The position numbers and the translations under genes were made by a program. Below the pieces are notes generated by a model. That model did not search any database, was not told where the DNA came from, and saw only the letters and a program-made list of their open reading frames with translations. From Deinococcales bacterium (lineage in GTDB: Bacteria; Deinococcota; Deinococci; Deinococcales; JAAFIG01): a DNA stretch of 64,000 nt. This document shows positions 21,157-30,813 of this stretch, one piece after another (position 1 is the first letter of the stretch; each line of letters opens with the position of its first letter). The stretch is from NCBI GenBank assembly GCA_043778225.1, contig JAYWGM010000101.1, positions 74,760 through 138,759 of the forward strand. Direction: 5' to 3'.

Positions 21157-22509
21157 ATGAAGAATTTGCGGTTATTGGCAGCATTTGGCATCGGTGCGCT
21201 GGCGGTTGGGGCAATGTTTGCTTCGGCGCAGACAGGTCGTACCAAGGTCACTTGGTTTGTGGGTGTAGGAACGGGTGGTCAACCCGACCAAATCGAAGCC
21301 GAAAAAGCGGCGGTGGCTCGTTATAACAAAGCCCAAGACAAAATCGAAATCAACCTCGAGATTGTCGAATACAACTCGGCTCGAGATAACCTCTCGGCGC
21401 GGATTGCCGCTGGCAACGCCCCAGACATTGTTGGACCAGTCGGTACACAAGGCGCAAACTGGTTCAAAGGACAATTTGTTGACCTCGACCCTTATGTCGC
21501 TAAATTTAAGCCAGACCTCAAAGGCATTGATGAAGGGCTGCTTAAATTCTACAAGGAATCACAGGGCGGCGAAGGTCTGCCTTACGCAGTTTACCCAAGT
21601 TTCTTCTTTTACAACAAAGCCCTCTTTAAGGAATCAAAACTGCCAGACTTGCCAACCAAAGTTGGCGAAAAATACCGTGGTCGCACTTGGGATTGGAATG
21701 CCGTTCGTCAGCTAGGGATGGAACTGACTTTTGACAGCAAAGGCAACAGCGCTGTTTCAAAAGACTTTGATTCTAAAAGCATCGAGACTTACGGCTTTGT
21801 CAACCAATGGAACTTAGGTATTACCTCGATGGGAACCGCCTTTAAGCCAGCCAATGTCTTCCAGAACGGCAAAGCTGTAATCGATCCAGAATGGGTCAAT
21901 GCGATTCGCTACTACCACAACGCCATCTGGAAAGATAAATTCATGCCAAGCCAAGCTGCCATGGACACCGATTTACTCGGACGCGGCAATGCCTTTAACT
22001 CTGGTAACGTCGCCATGGCTTGGACACACCTCTGGTACACCTGCTGCTTAGACCCAGCTGGAACAGGCAAAGTCAAAGATTGGGGCGTTGGTGTGATGCC
22101 AAGCTACAAAGGCAAGACCATCGCTAAACTCCATGCCGATACCTTCCGCATCATGAAAGGCAGCAAAGTTAAAGAAGAAGCCTTCCAAGCAATGTGGTGG
22201 ATTATGAACCAAAAAGACCTCTTGGTGACTTATGGTGCTTTCCCAGCCAACGAGAATCTCCAAGACGATTACATCGCCGCCGTCAACAAAAAGTATGCCC
22301 CTGTTAAAATCAACTGGAATGTTGTTAAAGATATGCTCAAGTACACCGACACCCCAAGCCACGAACAGTATTACCCTAACTTCACTAAAGTGGACGACAT
22401 CTTTGCAAAACTTGCCACCAAAGTGCTGACCCAACCGACCTTAAATATCTCCAAAGAAGTCTCGGATACGCAAAAAGAAATCCAACGCGCTTTTGACGAA
22501 AAGAAATAA
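21157..22509 (+). CDS. Carbohydrate ABC transporter substrate-binding protein
   Basis: Signal peptide; AAGNAPDIV, FFYNKALF, FNSGNVAM; GGAGAGG ribosome-binding site; operon context. Confidence 0.9.
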   Translation: MKNLRLLAAFGIGALAVGAMFASAQTGRTKVTWFVGVGTGGQPDQIEAEKAAVARYNKAQDKIEINLEIVEYNSARDNLSARIAAGNAPDIVGPVGTQGANWFKGQFVDLDPYVAKFKPDLKGIDEGLLKFYKESQGGEGLPYAVYPSFFFYNKALFKESKLPDLPTKVGEKYRGRTWDWNAVRQLGMELTFDSKGNSAVSKDFDSKSIETYGFVNQWNLGITSMGTAFKPANVFQNGKAVIDPEWVNAIRYYHNAIWKDKFMPSQAAMDTDLLGRGNAFNSGNVAMAWTHLWYTCCLDPAGTGKVKDWGVGVMPSYKGKTIAKLHADTFRIMKGSKVKEEAFQAMWWIMNQKDLLVTYGAFPANENLQDDYIAAVNKKYAPVKINWNVVKDMLKYTDTPSHEQYYPNFTKVDDIFAKLATKVLTQPTLNISKEVSDTQKEIQRAFDEKK

Positions 22510-22536
22510 CCTTCTCGCGCCTTTCTTCCTCCTCCG

Positions 22537-22562
22537 CCTCCGCGCTTTTAAGAGCGCGGAGG
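22537..22562 (+). terminator. Intra-operon stem-loop after the binding-protein gene (mRNA stabiliser or leaky terminator)
   Basis: CCTCCGCGCT...AGCGCGGAGG 10-bp stem. Confidence 0.6.
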
Positions 22563-22587
22563 TCAATTCAAAAAATAGGACACCTGT

Positions 22588-23517
22588 ATGCTACTCAGTC
22601 AAAAAACAAAAAAACCTATCGGTATTGAACGCACTGACCAGCGTTGGGGTTGGCTTTTCTTAACACCTTGGCTGCTTGGCTTGCTGCTTTTTACAGCATT
22701 TCCAATGCTGTTTTCTTTATTTTTAGCCTTTACCAATTATAATCTAGTGCCAGACGAACCAACCCGCTTTGTCGGCTTCAAAAACTGGGTGGTGATGGTT
22801 CAAGACCCACAAATGCAGAGTGCCTTTTTGAACACCCTCAAATATATTGCCATTGTTGTGCCACTTTTAATCGTCAGCCCCTTGGTTTTAGCCTTGTTTT
22901 TGAATGCCAAACCACTTTGGCTTAAAGGTTTATTTATCACTCTATTTTTTCTACCCAACCTCATTCCGGGCGTGGTCACTGGTTTAATTTGGGCGGGTTC
23001 ACTTTCACCAGATGGCACAGTCAATCGTTTCCTCAAAGGCTTTGGAATTACCCCGCCAGCTTGGTTGACCGAAGCGGCTTGGGTCATGCCAGCCATTGCA
23101 ATTATTGGCTTATGGAGCATTGGTAACACCATTTTACAACTGATTGCCGCCTTAAAAAATGCCCCCAAAGAACTCTTTGAAGCCGCCACCATAGACGGGG
23201 CAAGTTCACTGACGATGTTTTTTAGAATCACCATTCCACTGATGTCCTCGGTGCTGTTTTTTAATGTGATTACCGCCATTATTGGTGGCTTTCAGTATTT
23301 TGTGGTCAGTTTTTTACTTTTTAATGGTCAGGGCGGTCCAAATGACGCGGGTATGTTTTTAATGCTGAAAATTTTTAAGGAAGCGATTACTTACCGCAAC
23401 ATGGGCTATGCCTCGGCAATGTCTTGGGCAATGCTGCTGATTACTTTGTTGATTACCCAAGTGCTGTTTGCCATGGGTAAACGGTTTGTCTATTACGCTG
23501 GAGAGGAGCAAAAATGA
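22588..23517 (+). CDS. Carbohydrate ABC permease (MalF-like)
   Basis: FEAATIDGA EAA loop; MGYASAMSW. Confidence 0.92.
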   Translation: MLLSQKTKKPIGIERTDQRWGWLFLTPWLLGLLLFTAFPMLFSLFLAFTNYNLVPDEPTRFVGFKNWVVMVQDPQMQSAFLNTLKYIAIVVPLLIVSPLVLALFLNAKPLWLKGLFITLFFLPNLIPGVVTGLIWAGSLSPDGTVNRFLKGFGITPPAWLTEAAWVMPAIAIIGLWSIGNTILQLIAALKNAPKELFEAATIDGASSLTMFFRITIPLMSSVLFFNVITAIIGGFQYFVVSFLLFNGQGGPNDAGMFLMLKIFKEAITYRNMGYASAMSWAMLLITLLITQVLFAMGKRFVYYAGEEQK

Positions 23518-24593
23518 GTCTGGTTTTACCAAAAGTAAGTGTCCAAAGTGTTCAACGTGAAAATCAAAGGGCTTGGCGCTCGAGAATCGCGTCTTTGTTG
23601 ATTACGATTTTGATTGCTTGGGTGGCATGGGTTTTTTTAACGCCTTTTTATGAACAAATCAATGCCAGTTTTGGCGCACCATCTCGAGAACCCGGACAAC
23701 CCTTTGGTCCTTATGTCGGTCAAGTTTTTAAGTACCAAGACCAAGACCTAAAAATCTATAAAGTGCCAATCAATGGGGCTGTACAGCAATTGGCGTTGCT
23801 CGAGCCGGGGCGCAGTAGCAGTGTTTTTATTGACCCAAAAGACCCAAGTGTTCCCATTACTTACGAAGGTTCATACCGTGCTTTAGAACGTTTGTGGACA
23901 TTCAGTCCGCGTTTTGCCAATTATGCCGAAGCCTGGGATAAATTACCCGGTGGGTTCTTTCGGGGTTTAAGCAACACCTTTATTATTGCTGGTTTAAGCA
24001 CCTTGGGGGTTTTAATCAGCAGCACTTTTACGGCTTATGGGCTGGCTCGTTTCAATATGCCACACAAAGATTTCTTGCTCGGCTTGGTGACTTTAACACT
24101 GATGCTACCAACGGTCGTTTTATTTGTGCCACAGTATATTCTCTACTTTAAGATCGGCTGGGTTGGCACATGGCTACCGCTCATCGTACCATCGTTTTTT
24201 GGTAATGCTTACAGTATTTTTTTGCTGCGTCAGTTCTTCTTAGCCATTCCCAAAGAATTTGACGAAGCCGCCAAAGTGGACGGGGCAAACCCGTTGCAAA
24301 TACTTTGGTTTATCTTGCTACCGCTTATTCGCCCTGCTTTAATTGCAGTCGCTATTCTTAACTTTATTCTTGTCTGGAACGATTTTTTCTATCCAACGCT
24401 GTACTTGGCTGGAAAAACCGACCTGATGCCTTTATCGGTCTTAATTCGGATGTTTAGCTCGAGTTACGGCAGCAGCACCCCACATCTGATTTCGGCAGCC
24501 GCAATCATTGCCACGATTGTACCGATGGTCTTATTTTTAGTCGCTCAACGCCCTTTTATTCGTGCCATCACGATGCCGGGGTTGGACAAATGA
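23514..24593 (+). CDS. Carbohydrate ABC permease (MalG-like)
   Basis: IFLLRQFF..IP.E.DEAAKVDGA; WNDFF. Confidence 0.92.
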   Translation: MSLVLPKVSVQSVQRENQRAWRSRIASLLITILIAWVAWVFLTPFYEQINASFGAPSREPGQPFGPYVGQVFKYQDQDLKIYKVPINGAVQQLALLEPGRSSSVFIDPKDPSVPITYEGSYRALERLWTFSPRFANYAEAWDKLPGGFFRGLSNTFIIAGLSTLGVLISSTFTAYGLARFNMPHKDFLLGLVTLTLMLPTVVLFVPQYILYFKIGWVGTWLPLIVPSFFGNAYSIFLLRQFFLAIPKEFDEAAKVDGANPLQILWFILLPLIRPALIAVAILNFILVWNDFFYPTLYLAGKTDLMPLSVLIRMFSSSYGSSTPHLISAAAIIATIVPMVLFLVAQRPFIRAITMPGLDK

Positions 24594-25609
24594 AACATCA
24601 CTTAAAACAGTACATTCTTGGCAGCCTCTTACTTATTACCTTCACAGGAATCACCATGACCCAAGCACAAGACAAGCCTCGAGATATTTTTGCCGTCAAT
24701 AAAACCCTTGCTCGGACGATCAATTTTGGTAATGCCTTAGAAGCCCCAAGCGAAGGGGCGTGGGGTCTAAAGCTCGAGGAACGTTTTTTTGATTTGGCAA
24801 AACAAGGTGGCTTTACCGCCATTCGTTTACCTGTCAAATTTAGTGCTTATGCTGCCGAAACTGCACCATTTAAGCTCAGGCGTGAATTGATGTTGCGGGT
24901 AGATTGGGCGATTCAAAATGCCAAAAAACGTGGTCTGAGCATTATTTTAGACCTGCACCATTACGACGAGCTGATGCAAAAACCAAGTGAACATTTAGAG
25001 CGCTGGCTTGGAATTTGGCAACAAATTGCCGAGCGTTACAAAAATCAGCCCGACACGGTTATTTTTGAGCCTTGCAATGAACCGCACGAAAAAATCGAAC
25101 CCTATTGGAATGATTACTTTGCCAAAGTGCTGACCGTCATTCGTGCCACCAACCCAACTCGAGCCGTGATTGTTGGCGGCAATGGCTGGAACAACGCCGA
25201 CCGCTTAAAAGAACTGGTGTTGCCAGAGGACTCCAACCTGATTGTGACTTTTCATAATTACAATCCGTTTCCGTTTACGCACCAAGGTGCAGAATGGTGG
25301 GCAGATGGCTATAAACACCTTGGGACACTCTGGAAAGGTACACCCGACGAGCAAGCCAATGTGATTCAACACATCAAACTTGGTGTGGATTATGCCCAGA
25401 GCCTTGGCAAACCACTTTTTATGGGTGAATTTGGCGCGTACAACAAAGCCGACGCGGCATCGCGGGTGCGTTGGACAAAATTTACTCGAGCAACCATCGA
25501 AGCAAGTGGCGCAAGCTGGGGTTATTGGGAATTTGCCTCTGGTTTTGGGGTCTACGACAACCTGATGAAACGCTGGCGCAAAGATTTACTCGATGCCCTG
25601 ACCAAATAA
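24590..25609 (+). CDS. Secreted GH5 endoglucanase/mannanase
   Basis: INFGNALEAP.EGAWG, DLHHY, NEP acid/base, FHNY.PF.FTHQGAEW, GEFG nucleophile. Confidence 0.9.
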   Translation: MKHHLKQYILGSLLLITFTGITMTQAQDKPRDIFAVNKTLARTINFGNALEAPSEGAWGLKLEERFFDLAKQGGFTAIRLPVKFSAYAAETAPFKLRRELMLRVDWAIQNAKKRGLSIILDLHHYDELMQKPSEHLERWLGIWQQIAERYKNQPDTVIFEPCNEPHEKIEPYWNDYFAKVLTVIRATNPTRAVIVGGNGWNNADRLKELVLPEDSNLIVTFHNYNPFPFTHQGAEWWADGYKHLGTLWKGTPDEQANVIQHIKLGVDYAQSLGKPLFMGEFGAYNKADAASRVRWTKFTRATIEASGASWGYWEFASGFGVYDNLMKRWRKDLLDALTK

Positions 25610-25619
25610 GGAAAAACAC

Positions 25620-26954
25620 ATGACTTTACATCGTTCACAATTTCCAGACCATTTTCGTTTTGGAGCCGCCACCTCGAGTTACCAAATCGAAGGCGCAGCC
25701 AGCACCGACGGGCGCAGCCCAAGCATCTGGGATACATTTTCGCACACCAGCGGACGCACCAAAAATGGAGACACCGGCGATGTGGCTTGTGACCATTATC
25801 ACCGTTATCTCGAGGATGCTAACGTGATGCAGCAAATGGGCTTAAACAGTTACCGATTTAGCACCAGTTGGTCGCGGGTTTTACCAAAAGGCAGAGGGCA
25901 AATTAACCAAGCGGGTATGGATTATTACTCGAGGTTGGTAGATTCTTTACTCGAGCGTGGCATCGAGCCGTGGCTGACGCTCTACCACTGGGATTTACCA
26001 CAGGTTCTCGAAGACCAAGGCGGTTGGGGGTCTCGAGACACGGCTTTTGCTTTTGCCGAGTATGCCCAAACGATGGCAGACCATTTGGGCGACCGTGTAA
26101 AAAATTGGTTTACCCACAATGAGCCTTGGTGTACAGCCTTTCTTGGACATCAAATCGGGATGTTTGCACCCGGTAAAAAAGACCAAGCCTTGGCTTTACA
26201 AGTCGCGCACCACCTGATGTTATCGCATGGACTGGCAATTCCAGCTTTACGCTCGAGCCAAAGTAAAGTTGGGGCTGCCTTAAACCTCTGGACGGTTCAC
26301 CCAGCCAGTTCAAGCCAAGCCGATGCAGTCGCCGCCCATCGTTACGATGGTTTCTCGAATCGCTGGTTTTTAGACCCCTTGTATGGGCGCGGCTACCCTG
26401 CCGATATGCTCGAGTGGTACGGCGATAAAGCCCCCAAAGTCGAAGCAGATGATATGGCGATAATTGCCACACCGACCGATTTTTTGGGGATTAATTACTA
26501 TATTCGTATGGTCGTGGCTGCCGACCCAAACGACACCCAGCTTGGTCGAAAAATTATTTTGCCAACAAGCAGCGAGTACACCGATTTTGATTGGGAAGTC
26601 TACCCCGATGGTCTGCGTGAATGCCTCGAGCGGGTGCAAAACGAGTACAACCCCAAAGCCATGTACATTACCGAAAATGGGGCGTGTTACGACGACGACA
26701 TCAATGCCGATGGCATTATCCCAGATACCAAACGTCAGCGTTATCTCGAGCAGCACCTCGAAGCCACCCGCCAAGCTCGAGCCAATGGTGCAAAACTCGA
26801 AGGTTATTTTGCTTGGAGTCTGCTCGATAATTTTGAATGGGCAGAAGGCTACAGCCGCAGATTTGGTTTGGTACACGTTGATTTTACCACCCAAAAACGC
26901 ACCCTCAAGCAGTCCGCCCATTGGTACAAGCAGTTTTTACAAGGAAACGCATGA
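25620..26954 (+). CDS. GH1 beta-glucosidase
   Basis: F.FGAATSSYQIEGA, TLYHWDLP, NEP, ITENG, WSLLDNFEWAEG. Confidence 0.95.
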   Translation: MTLHRSQFPDHFRFGAATSSYQIEGAASTDGRSPSIWDTFSHTSGRTKNGDTGDVACDHYHRYLEDANVMQQMGLNSYRFSTSWSRVLPKGRGQINQAGMDYYSRLVDSLLERGIEPWLTLYHWDLPQVLEDQGGWGSRDTAFAFAEYAQTMADHLGDRVKNWFTHNEPWCTAFLGHQIGMFAPGKKDQALALQVAHHLMLSHGLAIPALRSSQSKVGAALNLWTVHPASSSQADAVAAHRYDGFSNRWFLDPLYGRGYPADMLEWYGDKAPKVEADDMAIIATPTDFLGINYYIRMVVAADPNDTQLGRKIILPTSSEYTDFDWEVYPDGLRECLERVQNEYNPKAMYITENGACYDDDINADGIIPDTKRQRYLEQHLEATRQARANGAKLEGYFAWSLLDNFEWAEGYSRRFGLVHVDFTTQKRTLKQSAHWYKQFLQGNA

Positions 26955-27010
26955 ACCTTTGGTGCAAGGAGACGCATGAACCTTTGGTGCAAGGAGACGC
27001 ATGAATCTTT
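26940..27010 (+). repeat. Tandem repeat, 25-bp unit, ~2.8 copies, containing RBS and ATGA
   Basis: CAAGGA(A/G)ACGCATGAACCTTTGGTG repeated. Confidence 0.9.
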
Positions 27011-27795
27011 CGTTTATCACGGCTAATTTTGTGGCTCGAGAACTCGAGTACAACATGACCCAAGGCTGGATGCAAGGCGACAGCGCCACCCAAGAGTTTT
27101 TTAAGCCGATTAAAACCTTTGAGGGGCGTTTTATCGCCATGCTTGAAGAAATTACAGCCATGGGGTTTAGCAATCTCGACCTTTGGGGAGCGCACCTCCA
27201 CCCAGATTGGGCAACTGCCGAACACTTGCAATTGGCTCGAGATGCCTTGCACAACCAGCAAATCAGCGTCAGTAGCCTCGCTGCTTGGTGCGGTGATTTG
27301 GATACTTTAGCGGGTTTTAGCCGAGTTGCCAATGGCATTGGTGCAAAAATAATTGCTGGCGGTATGCCCGTGCTGCACCAGACTCGAGCCGAAGCGCTGA
27401 TGATTTTACAAGACGCTGGTGTCAAAATTGCGATCGAAAACCACCCAGAAAAAAATGCACAAGAAATCCTTATGCAGATTGGCGCAGACAGCCACTTGGT
27501 TGGCGCAGCCCCAGATACAGGCTGGTGGGGAACACAAGGCATGGACAGCCCAACTGCGCTGCGTGAGCTTGGGCGGCATATGCTGACTGTACATTTTAAG
27601 GATGTAAAAGAGGTGGGTTCACACCACACCTGTCGTTTTGGCGATGGCATTGTTGACCTAGAAAATAGCTTGGCAACACTTAAAGAGATTGGTTATAACG
27701 GCGTTATTGGCATCGAACACGAACCAGAAACACACAACCCAACGGATGACATTTTGTACAGCAAAAACCGACTCGAGACTTGGAGCAATCTATGA
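27001..27795 (+). CDS. Sugar phosphate isomerase/epimerase (IolE-like TIM barrel)
   Basis: IENHP, DTGW, VHFKD, IEHE metal-binding motifs. Confidence 0.85.
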   Translation: MNLSFITANFVARELEYNMTQGWMQGDSATQEFFKPIKTFEGRFIAMLEEITAMGFSNLDLWGAHLHPDWATAEHLQLARDALHNQQISVSSLAAWCGDLDTLAGFSRVANGIGAKIIAGGMPVLHQTRAEALMILQDAGVKIAIENHPEKNAQEILMQIGADSHLVGAAPDTGWWGTQGMDSPTALRELGRHMLTVHFKDVKEVGSHHTCRFGDGIVDLENSLATLKEIGYNGVIGIEHEPETHNPTDDILYSKNRLETWSNL

Positions 27796-28856
27796 AACTT
27801 GCGATTATTGGTTGTGGCAACATCGCTGGACCGTACTCGGATGATCTAAAAAAACGCCCAGACCTCGAGATTGTTGGATTTTACGACCTCGATATGGCTC
27901 GAGCGCAAAATTTTGCTGCCAAGTACGGTGGGGTTGTTTACCCTAGCCTTGAGGCTGCACTGCAAGACCCCAAGGTCGAGATTATTGTCAACTTAACTAT
28001 TTTTCAAGCCCATTACGAGGTTGTTAAAGCTGGTTTGCAAGCAGGAAAACACGTCTACAGCGAAAAACCGTTGGCACTCGAGGCAAAACACGCCTTTGAG
28101 TTGGTAGAACTTGCCAAAACCGTGGGTAAGCGCTTGGCTTGCGCCCCAATTACCTTTTTAGGCGAAGCCCAACAAACAGCCCTGCACGCCATTCGTCAAG
28201 GAAAAATCGGACAATTGCGGGTTATTTATGCCGAAGTCAATCATGGACGAATCGAATCATGGCATCCAAACCCAGCCGCTTTTTATGATGTTGGACCAAT
28301 GCTCGATGTTGGGGTCTATCCATTAGCACTGGTGACTTCGCTGCTTGGTGCGGCTGTTCGCCTCAGCAGTTTTGCTACGACACTTTATCCAAACCGAATC
28401 ACCAAAGATGGCACGGCTTTTGCGGTCAGCAGCCCAGACTTTTATGTCGTCAATCTCGAATTTCCAAATAACATCATCATGCGTTTAACCTGCAATTTCT
28501 ATGTCTCGGGCAGCAGTAAACAAGCCGAAAGCATTGAATTTCACGGCGACCACAGTTCTTTATACCTCGAGTCTTGGTTTGCTGCCAACAGCCGCTTAGA
28601 ACAAGCCGAATTTGGCAAAAAAGAATACCAAAATGTACCACTCTTGCAAGAACCGAACAGCCCACTCGACTGGTCTCGAGGGATTGATGATTTTGCAACC
28701 GCCATCCGCCAAAACCGAGCTTCTCGAGTGACCGGAGCCCAAGCCGCCCATATTGTTGAAATTCTTGAAGCTGCCAACATCAGCGCCAAAGAAGGTCGTC
28801 CGATCGATTTGGTTTCAAAATTTGAACCACCCGCCGCCATGGACTGGGCGATGTAG
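27792..28856 (+). CDS. Gfo/Idh/MocA oxidoreductase
   Basis: IIGCGNIA, GKHVYSEKPLA, GPMLDVGVY. Confidence 0.9.
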   Translation: MKLAIIGCGNIAGPYSDDLKKRPDLEIVGFYDLDMARAQNFAAKYGGVVYPSLEAALQDPKVEIIVNLTIFQAHYEVVKAGLQAGKHVYSEKPLALEAKHAFELVELAKTVGKRLACAPITFLGEAQQTALHAIRQGKIGQLRVIYAEVNHGRIESWHPNPAAFYDVGPMLDVGVYPLALVTSLLGAAVRLSSFATTLYPNRITKDGTAFAVSSPDFYVVNLEFPNNIIMRLTCNFYVSGSSKQAESIEFHGDHSSLYLESWFAANSRLEQAEFGKKEYQNVPLLQEPNSPLDWSRGIDDFATAIRQNRASRVTGAQAAHIVEILEAANISAKEGRPIDLVSKFEPPAAMDWAM

Positions 28857-28875
28857 AATACTCCCAGGAGTTCTT

Positions 28876-29598
28876 ATGAAAATAGGTTTACAAATTTACA
28901 GTCTGCGCGATGCCCTCGAATCCGATTATCAAGGCACATTGCAAAAAGTGAAAAATATCGGCTATGCAGGCGCAGAGATTTTTGGCACACACCTGTCTGC
29001 CTTAAAAACCAAAGCCTTATTTGCTGATACGGGTCTTGAAATAATCGGACATCATTTTTCTTTACCCGACCTCGAAAAAGATTTGGCTGCCTGTATTGCC
29101 CGTACTAAAGAAGTTGGCACGGATAACTTGGTTTGCTCGTGGAGTATGCCCAGCCCAACCCAAAGTTGGCAAGCGATTCTCGAGTCCCTAAAAAAGATAA
29201 CACCAGAGGTACAAAGCGCTGGACTGAATTTTATGTACCACAACCACGACCATGAAATCAGTCAGAATATAGAGGGTAAGCGCGTTTTGGATGCCATTTT
29301 GGAAATCTGCAACAGCGAACTCGATGTTGCTTGGGTACAGGCTGGCGGTGTAAGCCCAGCCGCTTACCTCGAGCAGAACGCCAGCAAAGTAAAACTGCTG
29401 CACATCAAAGACGTGCGGCTCGAGAACCAAAAATGGGAAACCGTCAATCTTGGCACGGGTACTGTTCCACTGACCGAATGTTTGGCGGCTGCCCAAAAAA
29501 CCTCGAGCCAGTGGCTAATTGTCGAGCAAGATAACAGCCCAGACCCAATAGCAAGCGCCAAGCACAATTTTGGGTGGCTCAAAGCGGCACTGGGTTAA
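28876..29598 (+). CDS. Sugar phosphate isomerase/epimerase (IolE-like)
   Basis: IGLQIYSLR, YHNHDHE, ELDVAW, LHIKD, IVEQD. Confidence 0.88.
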   Translation: MKIGLQIYSLRDALESDYQGTLQKVKNIGYAGAEIFGTHLSALKTKALFADTGLEIIGHHFSLPDLEKDLAACIARTKEVGTDNLVCSWSMPSPTQSWQAILESLKKITPEVQSAGLNFMYHNHDHEISQNIEGKRVLDAILEICNSELDVAWVQAGGVSPAAYLEQNASKVKLLHIKDVRLENQKWETVNLGTGTVPLTECLAAAQKTSSQWLIVEQDNSPDPIASAKHNFGWLKAALG

Positions 29599-29603
29599 AA
29601 AAA

Positions 29604-29631
29604 TGGGGATACGTCTCGAAACCTATCCCCA
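29604..29631. terminator. Hairpin between convergent genes
   Basis: TGGGGATA...TATCCCCA 8-bp stem. Confidence 0.5.
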
Positions 29632-29642
29632 CAAAAACCCAA

Positions 29643-30269
29643 TCAGGCTTTGGGATGTACCTTTTGCACTTCGCCACCAAAAAGGTGCTTGAGGTCGCCC
29701 TTAAAGCTGTACTGCAAGTAATCGTTTTGCGGCACTTCGAGCGCCATCTCTTCGGCGACATTCATGTTCTCGAGGTACGCCCTGATGCAGCGAATGCTGT
29801 TGCCGTGTGCCGAAATCAAGATGTTTTTACCATCTCCAGCCGTGCGAATGAGTTCGTGAATAAAGGGATAAACCCGCATCTCGACCATTTTGACACTCTC
29901 GCCGTTGGGTGGTGGCACATCGTAGCTTCTGTGCCAAATTTTATACATATCGGGGAATTCGGTTTGAATATCGGTGTGTAAACGCCCACTCAGGTCGCCA
30001 TAACTGCGCTCGATAATGCGGTCGTCGGTGATGATTGGCACACCATAGCTGTGCGGCGCGAGCAAAATATCCAAAGTATGCCGGCAGCGCAACAAACGGC
30101 TGGTGTAAGCCACATCAAAATGAATTCCAGAGAGTGTCTCGGCAATGGCGGTGGCTTGCTGCACACCAATTTCGGATATGTCCACATCCACCCAACCAGT
30201 AAAGGTTTTGGTGCCGCTTGCGTTAAAAGTTGTCTGCCCATGCCGAACGATATAAAGATTGGATGCCAT
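29643..30269 (-). CDS. gpmA: 2,3-bisphosphoglycerate-dependent phosphoglycerate mutase
   Basis: RHGQT, FTGWVDV, ERSYGDLSG, PPPNGES, SAHGNSIR. Confidence 0.88.
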   Translation of the reverse strand: MASNLYIVRHGQTTFNASGTKTFTGWVDVDISEIGVQQATAIAETLSGIHFDVAYTSRLLRCRHTLDILLAPHSYGVPIITDDRIIERSYGDLSGRLHTDIQTEFPDMYKIWHRSYDVPPPNGESVKMVEMRVYPFIHELIRTAGDGKNILISAHGNSIRCIRAYLENMNVAEEMALEVPQNDYLQYSFKGDLKHLFGGEVQKVHPKA

Positions 30270-30402
30270 AAGCCGATTGTATCAGGTCTCGAGTCAGAGC
30301 AGCATCAGATGCTCGAGTCAGAGCCACTAGGTTACTCGAGTTACGTCATTTAGCCAATGAATTTGTGCATAAAAACCGTTATCATAGTCGAGGTGAGAGA
30401 TA

Positions 30403-30813
30403 ATGTGTCGGTATGCGTTCAAAAATTACAAAAATCATTATGCCTGTTTTGAATGCCGTAAAGCCTTCAAGCAGCCTTTTCTTATTGAAAAAATGACTCA
30501 AAAAATACCACAGGGAGTAGCACGAACAACAACTCGAGTTATTCAGCACCAGACTGCAACCTGTCCACAATGCCACAAGCCAATGAACAGTATGGGGTTT
30601 GATTTCAAAGCACCCAAGCGGAGCGACAAAAAACAATGGGAGAAAGTAAAGCAACTCTTTAATGCGGGTTTTACTTATGTTTCATGTGGATGTGACGGAC
30701 CTGGAACTCGTCCTCAGCATTTGCGTGAAGTGTCAGATTTTATTCGTGAGCGTCGAAGATTAAGCGTTGGACAAAGATTACTTGAACAGTTCTCGAGGTA
30801 TGGACGAGAATGA
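30403..30813 (+). CDS. Small Cys-rich (putative Zn-binding) hypothetical protein
   Basis: HYACFECRKAFK, CPQC..PM..MG.DFKAP and SCGC.GPG.RP motifs. Confidence 0.65.
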   Translation: MCRYAFKNYKNHYACFECRKAFKQPFLIEKMTQKIPQGVARTTTRVIQHQTATCPQCHKPMNSMGFDFKAPKRSDKKQWEKVKQLFNAGFTYVSCGCDGPGTRPQHLREVSDFIRERRRLSVGQRLLEQFSRYGRE

